64,000 nt of DNA from an uncultured Clostridia bacterium (GTDB lineage: Bacteria; Bacillota; Clostridia; Christensenellales; DTU072). The notes under the pieces were generated by a model that was not told the DNA's origin, searched no databases, and saw only the letters and a list, made by a program, of their open reading frames with translations. The stretch spans positions 119,795-183,794 of the forward strand of contig CALVNL010000001.1 in assembly GCA_944349655.1 (NCBI GenBank), read 5' to 3'. The position numbers were made by a program, and so were the translations under genes. The first letter of the stretch is position 1, and each line of letters starts with the position of its first letter. Shown here one piece after another: positions 55,883 through 64,000 of this stretch.

Positions 55883-56455
55883 TTATTTCATTGGATAGAT
55901 TTCCACGCTTGACGCGCTGACCTGCAGCACCGCTTGAACCGCTCGCATTATCGCAAGTCGGGTTACCGCGCTGTCCGCTCCTTCCGCCACAACGATGACC
56001 CCGAGAATTTCCGGCATGAGTTCCTTTATAACGTATGGTTCACTTTTTCCGCTGTTATTCACTATTATCGGAGACTCGGTAGAGCTCGTCGTACTCGTAA
56101 CGTTTCCGGATCCGCTTTGCGAAGTACTGGTGTTTGTGGTAACGGTATTCGCCGTTATCTTTTCCCCTGTGGATTTTGCCGTAATCAGTACCGAAGATTT
56201 TCCCACTCCGTTTATATCGGAAAGAACTGCCGCGAGTTTTTCTTCCAGCTCAGACACCGAAATGCTCGTTACTTCTTCTTCGGATAACGTTTCGTTATTT
56301 GTTTCACCTGAAGAAGTTTGCTTGTTCCCCACACCGGCAAATATGACTATCATAAGCGCGACGGCTATAACGCCGATGATTATTTCTATATGCTTTATCG
56401 ATTTAATTTTTTCGATAAGGTCTTTTATCTTGTTTTTAGTCTTAGACTCCGCCAT
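55883..56455 (-). CDS. spoIIIAG: stage III sporulation protein AG
   Basis: 190 aa; TM helix, Ser/Thr-rich insert, C-terminal GVIVVAEGA...VQAVLQV motif. Confidence 0.85.
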   Translation of the reverse strand: MAESKTKNKIKDLIEKIKSIKHIEIIIGVIAVALMIVIFAGVGNKQTSSGETNNETLSEEEVTSISVSELEEKLAAVLSDINGVGKSSVLITAKSTGEKITANTVTTNTSTSQSGSGNVTSTTSSTESPIIVNNSGKSEPYVIKELMPEILGVIVVAEGADSAVTRLAIMRAVQAVLQVSASSVEIYPMK

Positions 56456-56936
56456 AAATAATTATTTTATCCTCCGATACGGTAAGAATTTCGCCGACCG
56501 TTTCCTTTATCTTCTCGGTAAGTATTATATTCTCTTCATACCCGGTTATGACTGCCGCATACAAGTCCACCGATATATAGCTTATAGTTATTTTTTCTCC
56601 GTCATCGTAAGTATAGATATTCACGTCTGCGTCTTTTATTCCCACCGACGAAAGTTTGTTTTCCACCTCTTTTTCCGCTTCTTCCCGCTTCATTCCGTCT
56701 ATAAAAGCAAGAGTATTTTCGTCCACGACGGTTTGAGAAACTTCGGTTTGCGGGAAAATATCCGTCCAGTCGAAATCGCTTTTTACGAATTTTATAACGG
56801 GAACAAATACAACTACGATAACCACCAGCCTTATTACGCCGGAAACGTATTTTTTTATTTTACCTTCCGTCAAAAGAAGTTCTAACAGTACCGACAGCAA
56901 AACAACTGCCGTAACGCTCAAAAGCCATTCTTTCAT
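56442..56936 (-). CDS. spoIIIAF: stage III sporulation protein AF
   Basis: 164 aa; two N-terminal TM helices; position between AE and AG. Confidence 0.8.
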   Translation of the reverse strand: MKEWLLSVTAVVLLSVLLELLLTEGKIKKYVSGVIRLVVIVVVFVPVIKFVKSDFDWTDIFPQTEVSQTVVDENTLAFIDGMKREEAEKEVENKLSSVGIKDADVNIYTYDDGEKITISYISVDLYAAVITGYEENIILTEKIKETVGEILTVSEDKIIIYGGV

Positions 56937-58132
56937 AATACGCCGAAATTACAGGTATAAATTATCATCATAACGATAAGGAGCGCCGCAAACCCTGCGC
57001 AAAGTACGGCAACGATCAGGATTTTGAAACTGTCGGAAACAGCATACAACAAAGAGGAAAACTTTTCATCGGAAACAGGTTGCAGAAGAGCGGCGGTAAA
57101 CTTTAATCCGAGCATAAGTATAATCGTTTTCAAAAGCGGAACGAGAACGGCAAAAAGTAAAATGATTACCGCGCACAAGCCTAAAGCGTTTTTTACCACT
57201 ATGCATCCTGCAAGCACGATATCGAAGCCGTCTTTAAGATAATTCCCTATTATCGGAACATAACTCGACAAAGCGAATTTTGCTCCTCTTATGGCGAGAT
57301 TATCCAGCCCTGCGCCTGTTATCCCCTGCGACGTCAGCAGCGTTACGAACGTCCCGAAAGCTATTCCGAGTATCCATTCCGCCGCACTTTTTACGGTTTT
57401 GGAAAATTTATCGAGTTTGACGTTATCCGACAGATGCCCCACTAAAGAAAACACGAAAGTTACGTAAAAAAGAGGCATAATCACCGTTTTTATCATAACG
57501 ATAAGCACGTTTCCGAAAATAAGGATCAACGGCTGATATACGGCGGCGGAAGCGCTTCCGCCGAGTGCCGTAACCAAAGTTATAAGCACGGGAAAAGACA
57601 CTTCGGAAAATTTCCCCATAAATTCAAAAGTTCTTACGGCTGAAGAAATATTTTTTGCAGTCATAACGCCTATCACCGTAACCACCAATCCGAAACAGGC
57701 AAGATAAAGTATTTTTTGGGTGGACGAAGAAGAAAAATCCGCATTCAGATTCTGTAAGACTGCGTAAAGTATTGCAAAAACCGCAATCAAAATAAGCTGC
57801 GGAAGAATATTTACCGTTTCGCCTAAAAGAATTTCCGAACAAAACTTAAGAAAATATGAAAAATCCAGCTCGGATTTTCCCGCAAGAATATCGTTGACAA
57901 GTGTTCTTACGCTGTTAGCTACCGAAACGTCGTTATATTCTCTTAAAAGGTTCAACAACTCGTCGAAACCCGTTAAATCCAGTCCGTTCAGGGTATCGTT
58001 TACCGTATCGTCAAGATTTTTTTCGGTTTCTTCTTCGTTTCCCTCGGCAAAAACAGTTGTTCCCGAAGGTATAAAAAGTAAAACCGCCAAAAAAGAGAGT
58101 AAAAGTATGACAAACATCACTCTCTTTTTCAT
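56933..58132 (-). CDS. spoIIIAE: stage III sporulation protein AE
   Basis: 399 aa; signal peptide plus about 7 TM helices; largest membrane component of the cluster. Confidence 0.88.
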   Translation of the reverse strand: MKKRVMFVILLLSFLAVLLFIPSGTTVFAEGNEEETEKNLDDTVNDTLNGLDLTGFDELLNLLREYNDVSVANSVRTLVNDILAGKSELDFSYFLKFCSEILLGETVNILPQLILIAVFAILYAVLQNLNADFSSSSTQKILYLACFGLVVTVIGVMTAKNISSAVRTFEFMGKFSEVSFPVLITLVTALGGSASAAVYQPLILIFGNVLIVMIKTVIMPLFYVTFVFSLVGHLSDNVKLDKFSKTVKSAAEWILGIAFGTFVTLLTSQGITGAGLDNLAIRGAKFALSSYVPIIGNYLKDGFDIVLAGCIVVKNALGLCAVIILLFAVLVPLLKTIILMLGLKFTAALLQPVSDEKFSSLLYAVSDSFKILIVAVLCAGFAALLIVMMIIYTCNFGVL

Positions 58133-58509
58133 AATATTCCTCCTATGACTTCGATAATTCCCGTAATTATCGGCATTGCCATTATAAAAATAGTTATTTT
58201 ACCGGCAAATTGAATTTTTTGCGCCAACGATTTACTGCCGCCGTCCTCGCATACTCCTGCCGAATATTCGGTAACGTAACCTATTCCGATTATTTTCAAT
58301 ACAGAAGAAAAAACGTCGTTATTTATACCGCTTTTCTCTGCAAGAGTAGAAAAAGCGTTGACGGCTTCTATAATTCCGTCGGAGAGCAGAATAACCACAG
58401 CCGCACCCGCGCAGACTATAACAAAAATTCCGAATTCCGGCTTTACGTTTTTTATCACGTTGAAGCATACCAATGCGACGAAACATAAGCCGAGTATTTT
58501 CAGAAACAT
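58129..58509 (-). CDS. spoIIIAD: stage III sporulation protein AD
   Basis: 126 aa; 4 TM helices, conserved LKIIGIGYVTEY-type segment. Confidence 0.88.
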   Translation of the reverse strand: MFLKILGLCFVALVCFNVIKNVKPEFGIFVIVCAGAAVVILLSDGIIEAVNAFSTLAEKSGINNDVFSSVLKIIGIGYVTEYSAGVCEDGGSKSLAQKIQFAGKITIFIMAMPIITGIIEVIGGIL

Positions 58510-58512
58510 TCT

Positions 58513-58716
58513 TCAGTATAAATAAAATATCTGTTTAAGCGTATCGAATAAATTCCCCAGTAAATCTATAACCATCGTAAGTACCAGGACCAGACCTGTA
58601 AGCGTCACCAGAGTAGCTATTTCTTTTTTGTCGCTTTTTTCCAGGATATTATTGATAACGGCGGTAATAATTCCTATGCCGGCAATTTTGAAAATAATAT
58701 CTATACTCATTTTCAC
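58513..58716 (-). CDS. spoIIIAC: stage III sporulation protein AC
   Basis: 67 aa; two TM helices, IFKIAGIGIITAV start typical of SpoIIIAC. Confidence 0.88.
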   Translation of the reverse strand: MKMSIDIIFKIAGIGIITAVINNILEKSDKKEIATLVTLTGLVLVLTMVIDLLGNLFDTLKQIFYLY

Positions 58717-58722
58717 CTCACG

Positions 58723-59178
58723 TTAAAGTAAAATAATAAAAACAACAACTCCCAACATAGGAATCAGTTTCCGCACCAAGCCGCCTTTTACGGAATAATT
58801 TTTTTCTGCGGCGGAAAGAGCCTTTTCGGTTTTTGTCCTGACCAAACTAAGATATCCTTTCTGCGAATAGGTGTCCATTGCCGAGATACCTTCGATAAAC
58901 TCCTCCACTTCCTTACACTCTGCAGGAAAATATCTGTCCGTAACTTTCTCTATGTATTTTTTCTTCAGGAACTTACTTATTTCGTTGTCGCAAGAATAGG
59001 AATAACCTTCGATAAGCGGCATTATTTCGGTTTTATAAAATCCGATTTGTCCTTCCGTATAGGCTATAAAATCCAAAAAATCGGTTAAAAATCTGACTTT
59101 ACGAGCATATATTCCCGACAGAGAAGCACCGAGTATAAAGGAAGCCACTACTATCAGGATACCCGACAACAAGTTCAT
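58723..59178 (-). CDS. spoIIIAB: stage III sporulation protein AB
   Basis: 151 aa; N- and C-terminal TM helices around a helical GspF-like domain; position after AA. Confidence 0.82.
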   Translation of the reverse strand: MNLLSGILIVVASFILGASLSGIYARKVRFLTDFLDFIAYTEGQIGFYKTEIMPLIEGYSYSCDNEISKFLKKKYIEKVTDRYFPAECKEVEEFIEGISAMDTYSQKGYLSLVRTKTEKALSAAEKNYSVKGGLVRKLIPMLGVVVFIILL

Positions 59179-59999
59179 AATTTTTCTCCGTGCGAACTTT
59201 GTACAATAGATACTATGCTTCCCGGGTGCGGATTAGACGAAAGAATTATTCTGTTACGGAATATACTTTTCAAAGGTTCGGACACGTCTTTGTCGGAATG
59301 ATAAGAAGCAAGAACCTTTACCCCCGATAACGCAATCCGTCTTACGGCTGAAAAGTCTTCTTCCCCGAACAATTCGTCGCAAACCACAATCTGCGGCGCC
59401 ATCGTGCGTATTGCCCTTTCGTAAACCAATCTTTTCGGCACGCCTTGCATAACGTCGGCCCTTTGTCCCGTCCTGAGCGTTTTGCCTTTGCCGCAAATTT
59501 CCTCTCTTTCATCTACTATAAGTACGTCGTAACGCATTGAAAGAAGCCTCGCGGCTTCCCTTAAAAGAGTCGTCTTCCCCGCTCCCGGGGGAGAAATTAT
59601 TAAAGTATTTTCAAAGTCGTCCAAAAGATAAGAGATATCTTTCGCGCAGCCTATTACTTCGTGAGGAAATCTTATACAAAGCGAAAATATTTTTTTCAAA
59701 GAAACAAATTCGCCCTCCGTATTCACGCCTTCCCCGACAATGCCTATCCTGATTCCGTTACTGTAATCTATATAACCGTTACTTATCTGAGCTTCGTAAG
59801 CATATAAAGAATTATTCGCCGCTACGGATACTATTTCCGACAACATCTTTTCCGTCACGGTCTGGTCGAGAAAAATATCGCCTTTTTCGGTTTTAAGATG
59901 TATGTCTTTCCCCGTTCGTAAACGGATTTCATAAATTTTTGCACCGTTAATTATCGAATTTATTTTTTCGCATATTTTTCCACCCAATAATTTTTGCAT
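59175..59999 (-). CDS. spoIIIAA: stage III sporulation protein AA (AAA-type ATPase)
   Basis: 274 aa; Walker A SPPGAGKTTLLRE, Walker B LIVDE; the start codon has no SD and abuts the efp terminator. Confidence 0.88.
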   Translation of the reverse strand: MQKLLGGKICEKINSIINGAKIYEIRLRTGKDIHLKTEKGDIFLDQTVTEKMLSEIVSVAANNSLYAYEAQISNGYIDYSNGIRIGIVGEGVNTEGEFVSLKKIFSLCIRFPHEVIGCAKDISYLLDDFENTLIISPPGAGKTTLLREAARLLSMRYDVLIVDEREEICGKGKTLRTGQRADVMQGVPKRLVYERAIRTMAPQIVVCDELFGEEDFSAVRRIALSGVKVLASYHSDKDVSEPLKSIFRNRIILSSNPHPGSIVSIVQSSHGEKL

Positions 60000-60034
60000 A
60001 AAAAAACACCCCGAAATAAAATATTCCGAGGTGT
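60000..60034 (-). terminator. rho-independent terminator after efp
   Basis: Minus strand ACACCTCG ... CGGGGTGT stem (60034-60027 / 60013-60006) followed by T7 (60006-60000), immediately before the spoIIIAA ATG. Confidence 0.6.
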
Positions 60035-60056
60035 ATAGGTTTTATGAAAAAGGGGA

Positions 60057-60620
60057 TTAAACTCTGGACATATAGGTGCCGTCTCTGGTATCCACTCTTA
60101 TTTTTTCGCCGGCGTTTACGAACAGAGGTACCTGTATTACGTAACCCGTTTCGAGAGTTGCCGATTTGGATCCGGGCTGAGCGGTTGCTCCGGGGATACC
60201 GGGTTCGGCGTCGATAACTTCGAGTTCGACAAAGTTCTGCGGGTCGCAACTGAAAGCGTTGCCTTTATAGAAGGCTAAATCGCAGATATCTCCTTCCTTT
60301 ATGAAACGAAGAGCGTCCTCGACTATTTCTTTATTGAGCGGAACCATATCGAAGGTTTCGTTATCCATAAAGTAGTAAAGATCGCCGTCGTTGTAGCTGT
60401 AGGACATTTTCTTACGTTCGATGTGAGCGAGTTCGTATTTTTCACTGGGGTTGAAAGTACGTTCGATAACGCCGCCCGTCATAACGTTTCTGATTTTAGC
60501 GCGAACGAAAGCTGCGCCCTTTCCGGGTTTGACGTGTTGGAAATCGACGATAACCTGAACGGTGCCGTCCAGTTCGAAAGTAATGCCTTTTCTGAAATCA
60601 CCGGCCATAATATATGCCAT
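60057..60620 (-). CDS. efp: elongation factor P
   Basis: 187 aa; [16 protein letters not shown] loop with the modified-Lys context; three OB/KOW-like domains. Confidence 0.96.
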   Translation of the reverse strand: MAYIMAGDFRKGITFELDGTVQVIVDFQHVKPGKGAAFVRAKIRNVMTGGVIERTFNPSEKYELAHIERKKMSYSYNDGDLYYFMDNETFDMVPLNKEIVEDALRFIKEGDICDLAFYKGNAFSCDPQNFVELEVIDAEPGIPGATAQPGSKSATLETGYVIQVPLFVNAGEKIRVDTRDGTYMSRV

Positions 60621-60650
60621 AAATAAATCCTCCGTAAAAATAACTAAATT

Positions 60651-61673
60651 CTATATTATTATCATATTTTTCGGGCTTTTTGTCAAGTTCTTCGTCCCGT
60701 TTTCGTCAAAATAAATTACGTCTTCTATCCTTATGCCGAATTCTCCCTCGAAATATAATCCGGGTTCGACGCTTAATACGTTCCCGATAGTGATAATTTC
60801 CTCGCATTTCGGAGAAAAAGACGGATTTTCGTGGCAATCTATTCCTATTCCGTGTCCCAAGGAATGTATAAAATACTTATCCAGTTTCTTTTCTCTGAAG
60901 TATCCTCTCGCAAGTTCGTCGCACTCTCTTCCGCTCATTCCGACTTTAATATTTTGCAAAGCGAGGTTCTGCGCCGAAAGTACGGATTCGTAAACATAGC
61001 GTATTTTGTCAGAAGGCTTCCCGAAAAAAACGGTTCTGGTCATATCGGAACAATAACCGCCGAATTTTGCTCCGAAATCCATAGTTACGGCCATCCCCTT
61101 TTCCAATTTTATATCGGTTCTGTGTGCGTGAGGTTTTGCGGTATTTTCGCCGAAAGCCACAATGGACGAAAATGCGAGAGCTTCGGCGCCTTCCGCAAAC
61201 AATGTTCCTTCCAATGCGGAAGCAAGCTGCCGTTCGGTTATACCTTCTCTTATTTCGTTCAATATTTTTCCGAAAGTTCTGTCCGTTATCGACTGCGCTT
61301 TTTCCATTGCCGATATTTCACTTGAGCTTTTAATCTTCCGTAACGCCGATATTTCCTCGTCTATAAAACGAAATTCCTCGATACCGAGTTTTTTCAGTTC
61401 AAGATATTTGTCAAGCGGTAAATTTTTTTCCACCGAAATCGAGGAAAAACGTTTGCTTTGAAGGTACGGAAACAGATCTTTTATATCGTTTACGCAGAAA
61501 TCGAAGGCTTTTCCTTTTATCTCCTCAAAGTATCTGGCATCGGTGTAATACGACGGAACGCTATTTTTTTCCAACAGAAAGACTGCGTCTGCGTTTTCAT
61601 ATCCGCTTAAGTAAAATAAATTCGACGCGTCGCAAATAAAACAAGCGTCGGTAAAATAATCGAATGTTTTCAT
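60651..61673 (-). CDS. pepP: Xaa-Pro aminopeptidase (M24B family)
   Basis: 340 aa; metal ligands in DFGAKFGGYCSDMTRT, HSLGHGIGIDCHE, SVEPGLY, IRIED. Confidence 0.9.
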   Translation of the reverse strand: MKTFDYFTDACFICDASNLFYLSGYENADAVFLLEKNSVPSYYTDARYFEEIKGKAFDFCVNDIKDLFPYLQSKRFSSISVEKNLPLDKYLELKKLGIEEFRFIDEEISALRKIKSSSEISAMEKAQSITDRTFGKILNEIREGITERQLASALEGTLFAEGAEALAFSSIVAFGENTAKPHAHRTDIKLEKGMAVTMDFGAKFGGYCSDMTRTVFFGKPSDKIRYVYESVLSAQNLALQNIKVGMSGRECDELARGYFREKKLDKYFIHSLGHGIGIDCHENPSFSPKCEEIITIGNVLSVEPGLYFEGEFGIRIEDVIYFDENGTKNLTKSPKNMIII

Positions 61674-61723
61674 ATTTATATTTTACTCTCCGTTGCTTTC
61701 TCGGTCAACGGAAAATTTTAATT

Positions 61724-62092
61724 TTAAGGTTTGGAACGGGCTTTGGAAATCAACGCTACGACAAAACCTATAAAAATCGCTCCCGCCAAGCCTGCCGCCG
61801 CAGCTTTTACGCCTCCGGTCAACGCTCCGAAAAGACCGCTTATCCTTGCGCCCTCTATCGCGCCTTTGGCGAGATTGCTTCCGAATCCGAGAATAGGAAT
61901 AGTAACTCCGGCGTGGGCAAAATCTTTAAGATATCCGAATACGCCTATGGCTTCCAGGAATACTCCCGCCAACAAAAATATTACCAGAATTCTCGCCGAC
62001 GTGAGTTTGGTTAAATTTATCAATATTTGTCCTATCAGACAAATAAAACCTCCTACCGCAAAAACTGTAAGATAAGTTAAAAATATTTCCAT
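61724..62092 (-). CDS. spoVAE: stage V sporulation protein AE (SpoVAEB type)
   Basis: 122 aa; membrane protein with the GFGSNLAKGAIEG motif shared with SpoVAC/SpoVAEB. Confidence 0.88.
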   Translation of the reverse strand: MEIFLTYLTVFAVGGFICLIGQILINLTKLTSARILVIFLLAGVFLEAIGVFGYLKDFAHAGVTIPILGFGSNLAKGAIEGARISGLFGALTGGVKAAAAGLAGAIFIGFVVALISKARSKP

Positions 62093-63093
62093 TATAAGAC
62101 CTCCAACGAAACGGCGTGCGCAATGGCAGGGATAGTTTCTCCCTGCAAAGAAGAGGTTTTCGATAGCAAAGCTCCCGTTGGAATCAGCAAAATCTTACGC
62201 TTTAATCCTCTCTGCATAAGCTTATAAAGATATGAGCAAAAGACGAGACTGCTGCATCCTGCTCCGCTTCCGCCCTGTCCCACGCCCTGGGCTTCTCTGT
62301 TATAGACAAGTATGCCGCAATCGGTATAATTTTCATCCAGATCATATCCCTTTTCTTTTATCATGGATAATAACAGCCTTCCGCCGGCGTGTCCGAGATC
62401 CCCTGTTACTATCATATCGTAATAATCGGGTTTTCTACCCGTATCCCGAAAATGTGCGTCAAGAGTTTCAAGCGTTGCCGGGAGCATAACCGCCCCCATA
62501 TCGTTTGCGTCGTTTACTCCGTAATCTACTACTTTCCCTATTGTTCCGGCGGTTATTTTTACTCCTCGTTCCTCTTTTTTATCCAGGATACAACCTCCTG
62601 CGCCCGTTACCGTCCATTGAGCCAAAGGAGAACGCTGATTGCCCAATTCGAGAGGAAAACGGTATTGCCTTTCCGCCGTGGCAAAATGACTTGTGGTAGA
62701 ACATATAACTCTTTCGGCAAGCTCGTTTTGCAGCATTGACGCACCCAAAATCAAAGCCTCTCCGAAAGTAGCACAAGCGTTGTAAAGTCCGAAGAAGGGA
62801 ATATCGAATTCTCTCAGCGCAAAATTACAACCTATTATTTCGTCCAACAAATCTCCTGCAAAAACCAGGTCAATTTCGCCGTCGTTAAGGCAGGATTTAT
62901 TTAATAATTGCTTTATAACCCGTCTTTGCATTTCGATTTCAGCGTGCTCATAGCTTTTTTGTTTAAGAATATCGTCTTTAAGAATATAGTCGAAATAATC
63001 TTTAAGCGGACCTTCGCCTTCTTTCGGTCCTGCAATAGTCGCTACTTGCGATACGGATACGGGTTTGTCAAAAAAAATCGTCTGTCCTTTCAT
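62092..63093 (-). CDS. spoVAD: stage V sporulation protein AD
   Basis: 333 aa; thiolase/KAS-III-like fold, typical SpoVAD N-terminus (GQTIFFDKPVSVSQVATIAGPKEGEGPL). Confidence 0.93.
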   Translation of the reverse strand: MKGQTIFFDKPVSVSQVATIAGPKEGEGPLKDYFDYILKDDILKQKSYEHAEIEMQRRVIKQLLNKSCLNDGEIDLVFAGDLLDEIIGCNFALREFDIPFFGLYNACATFGEALILGASMLQNELAERVICSTTSHFATAERQYRFPLELGNQRSPLAQWTVTGAGGCILDKKEERGVKITAGTIGKVVDYGVNDANDMGAVMLPATLETLDAHFRDTGRKPDYYDMIVTGDLGHAGGRLLLSMIKEKGYDLDENYTDCGILVYNREAQGVGQGGSGAGCSSLVFCSYLYKLMQRGLKRKILLIPTGALLSKTSSLQGETIPAIAHAVSLEVL

Positions 63094-63102
63094 GGCTTTA
63101 TT

Positions 63103-63552
63103 TCAGATAAAAAGATAAATTACTCCTACGATGACCGAAGCTGAAATTCCGAACACGATAACAGGTCCGGCTATACTGAACATATTAGCGCAAAGTCCGA
63201 GTACTATTCCTTCGCGACGGTGTTCTATGGCAGGACTTACAACGGAATTTGCAAATCCCGTAATCGGAACTATACTACCCGCTCCACCGAAATTGCCGAT
63301 ACGGTCGTATATCCCGAATCCCGTAAGTATCCCGGTCAAAGCTATCATAATTATGGTCGTTAATCCGCCTATTTCGGTTTCGTCTGCGTTTTTCAGTAAA
63401 AATTTCAATAAATCCGTAATACCCTGTCCGATACAGCAAATAATTCCACCTGTTATAAAAGCTCTTATCATCGTGGAAATATGCCTGGTCTTAGGCATAT
63501 TTTCCCTTACCTTTTCAAGGTAAACCTTAGTTTCCTCTTTATCTGGTTTCAT
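63103..63552 (-). CDS. spoVAC: stage V sporulation protein AC
   Basis: 149 aa; 4 TM helices, ITGFANSVVSPAIE motif. Confidence 0.92.
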   Translation of the reverse strand: MKPDKEETKVYLEKVRENMPKTRHISTMIRAFITGGIICCIGQGITDLLKFLLKNADETEIGGLTTIIMIALTGILTGFGIYDRIGNFGGAGSIVPITGFANSVVSPAIEHRREGIVLGLCANMFSIAGPVIVFGISASVIVGVIYLFI

Positions 63553-63617
63553 CGGTAAACTCCTTTATTTCTACAGGATTGTAAATTTCCGTTTTATCAA
63601 TATATTCTATTCGCATA

Positions 63618-63653
63618 ATAAAAACACTCTACGATTATTGTTTACGTAGAGCG
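63618..63653 (-). terminator. candidate terminator/attenuator between sigF and spoVAC
   Basis: CGTAGAG / CTCTACG 7-bp stem (63645-63651 / 63627-63633) followed by a T-run on the minus strand. Confidence 0.45.
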
Positions 63654-63692
63654 TAAAATTATACTTTTAATCTCCCTTTTCGCCGAATAAAT

Positions 63693-64000
63693 TCAAACGA
63701 GTTCTTTACGGATTCTTTCCAGTATTTTAGCTTCCAATCTGCTTATCTGCACCTGAGAAACTCCGAGTTCTTTTGCGATTTCGCTTTGTGTTTTATCTCG
63801 GTAATACCGCATAAAAATTATTTTTTTGTCCCTTTCGTCGAAACTGTCGATAATTTCCCTCAATACGAGTTTTTCTATATAGTCGTCCTGCGTTCCCTTG
63901 GCGCTTAATTTATCCTCAAGACTGAGACCGTCGTCGTCTTTCTCGGCATACAACGAAACAGGATATCTTGCGCTGTCCAGGATAAATACTACGTCGGTTT
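63693..64000 (-). CDS. sigF: sporulation sigma factor (SigF-like), 3' part; the gene continues beyond the window edge
   Basis: Region 4 HTH TQSEIAKELGVSQVQISRLEAKILERI; the frame stays open upstream of the listed start to position 64000; directly upstream of spoVA, as sigF is in Bacillus. Confidence 0.8.
   Translation of the reverse strand, partial: TDVVFILDSARYPVSLYAEKDDDGLSLEDKLSAKGTQDDYIEKLVLREIIDSFDERDKKIIFMRYYRDKTQSEIAKELGVSQVQISRLEAKILERIRKELV

Noticed and set aside
55995-56885. 296-aa ORF on the + strand
   Set aside because: It is antisense to spoIIIAG/spoIIIAF, which fit the conserved eight-gene spoIIIA order. The sequence is not protein-like.
1-64000. CRISPR arrays, rRNA genes, transposases/IS elements, toxin-antitoxin or known defence-system genes
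   Set aside because: Apart from the tRNA-Trp tandem repeat, I saw no regularly spaced short repeats, and no ORF translation shows the relevant signatures.

Overview
AT-rich chromosomal segment from an endospore-forming Firmicute, probably of the Clostridia type. The sporulation genes (spoIIIAA-AH, spoVAC/D/E, sigF, spoIVB, ytfJ) and an IspH-S1 fusion support that placement. Almost all of it is tightly packed housekeeping sequence. On the + strand from 0.3 to 26.3 kb: an MFS transporter, pheST, a U32 peptidase, mutS2, nifS-like/thiI, miaB-mutS-mutL-miaA, a YnbB-like PLP enzyme, a XerS-like tyrosine recombinase and a membrane-anchored PadR-like protein; a PBP1A gene lies on the - strand here. 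Nearly everything from 26.4 to 64 kb is on the - strand: rnhA-proC, purB, cmk-ispH/rpsA, an Na+-pumping oxaloacetate-decarboxylase cluster, rluB, dac genes, ytfIJ, scpAB, spoIVB, recN, argR, tlyA, ispA-xseBA-folD-nusB, spoIIIA, efp, pepP, spoVA and sigF; tRNA-Trp is the + strand exception. Four loci stand out. (1) An ORF-free, GC-enriched, highly structured region of about 570 nt lies between ispA and a small 4-TM membrane protein. I interpret it as an OLE RNA / OapA locus. (2) A XerS-like recombinase sits about 200 bp downstream of a perfect 15-6-15 palindrome, next to the point where gene orientation converges. This may be a single-recombinase dif module at the replication terminus. (3) A 108-bp unit is tandemly repeated downstream of tRNA-Trp; it holds the tRNA 3' end plus its terminator. 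(4) A PadR-family regulator is fused to a long disordered linker and four TM helices. No CRISPR array, rRNA, transposase or prophage gene was seen. All calls come from reading the sequence and ORF translations; no searches were run.
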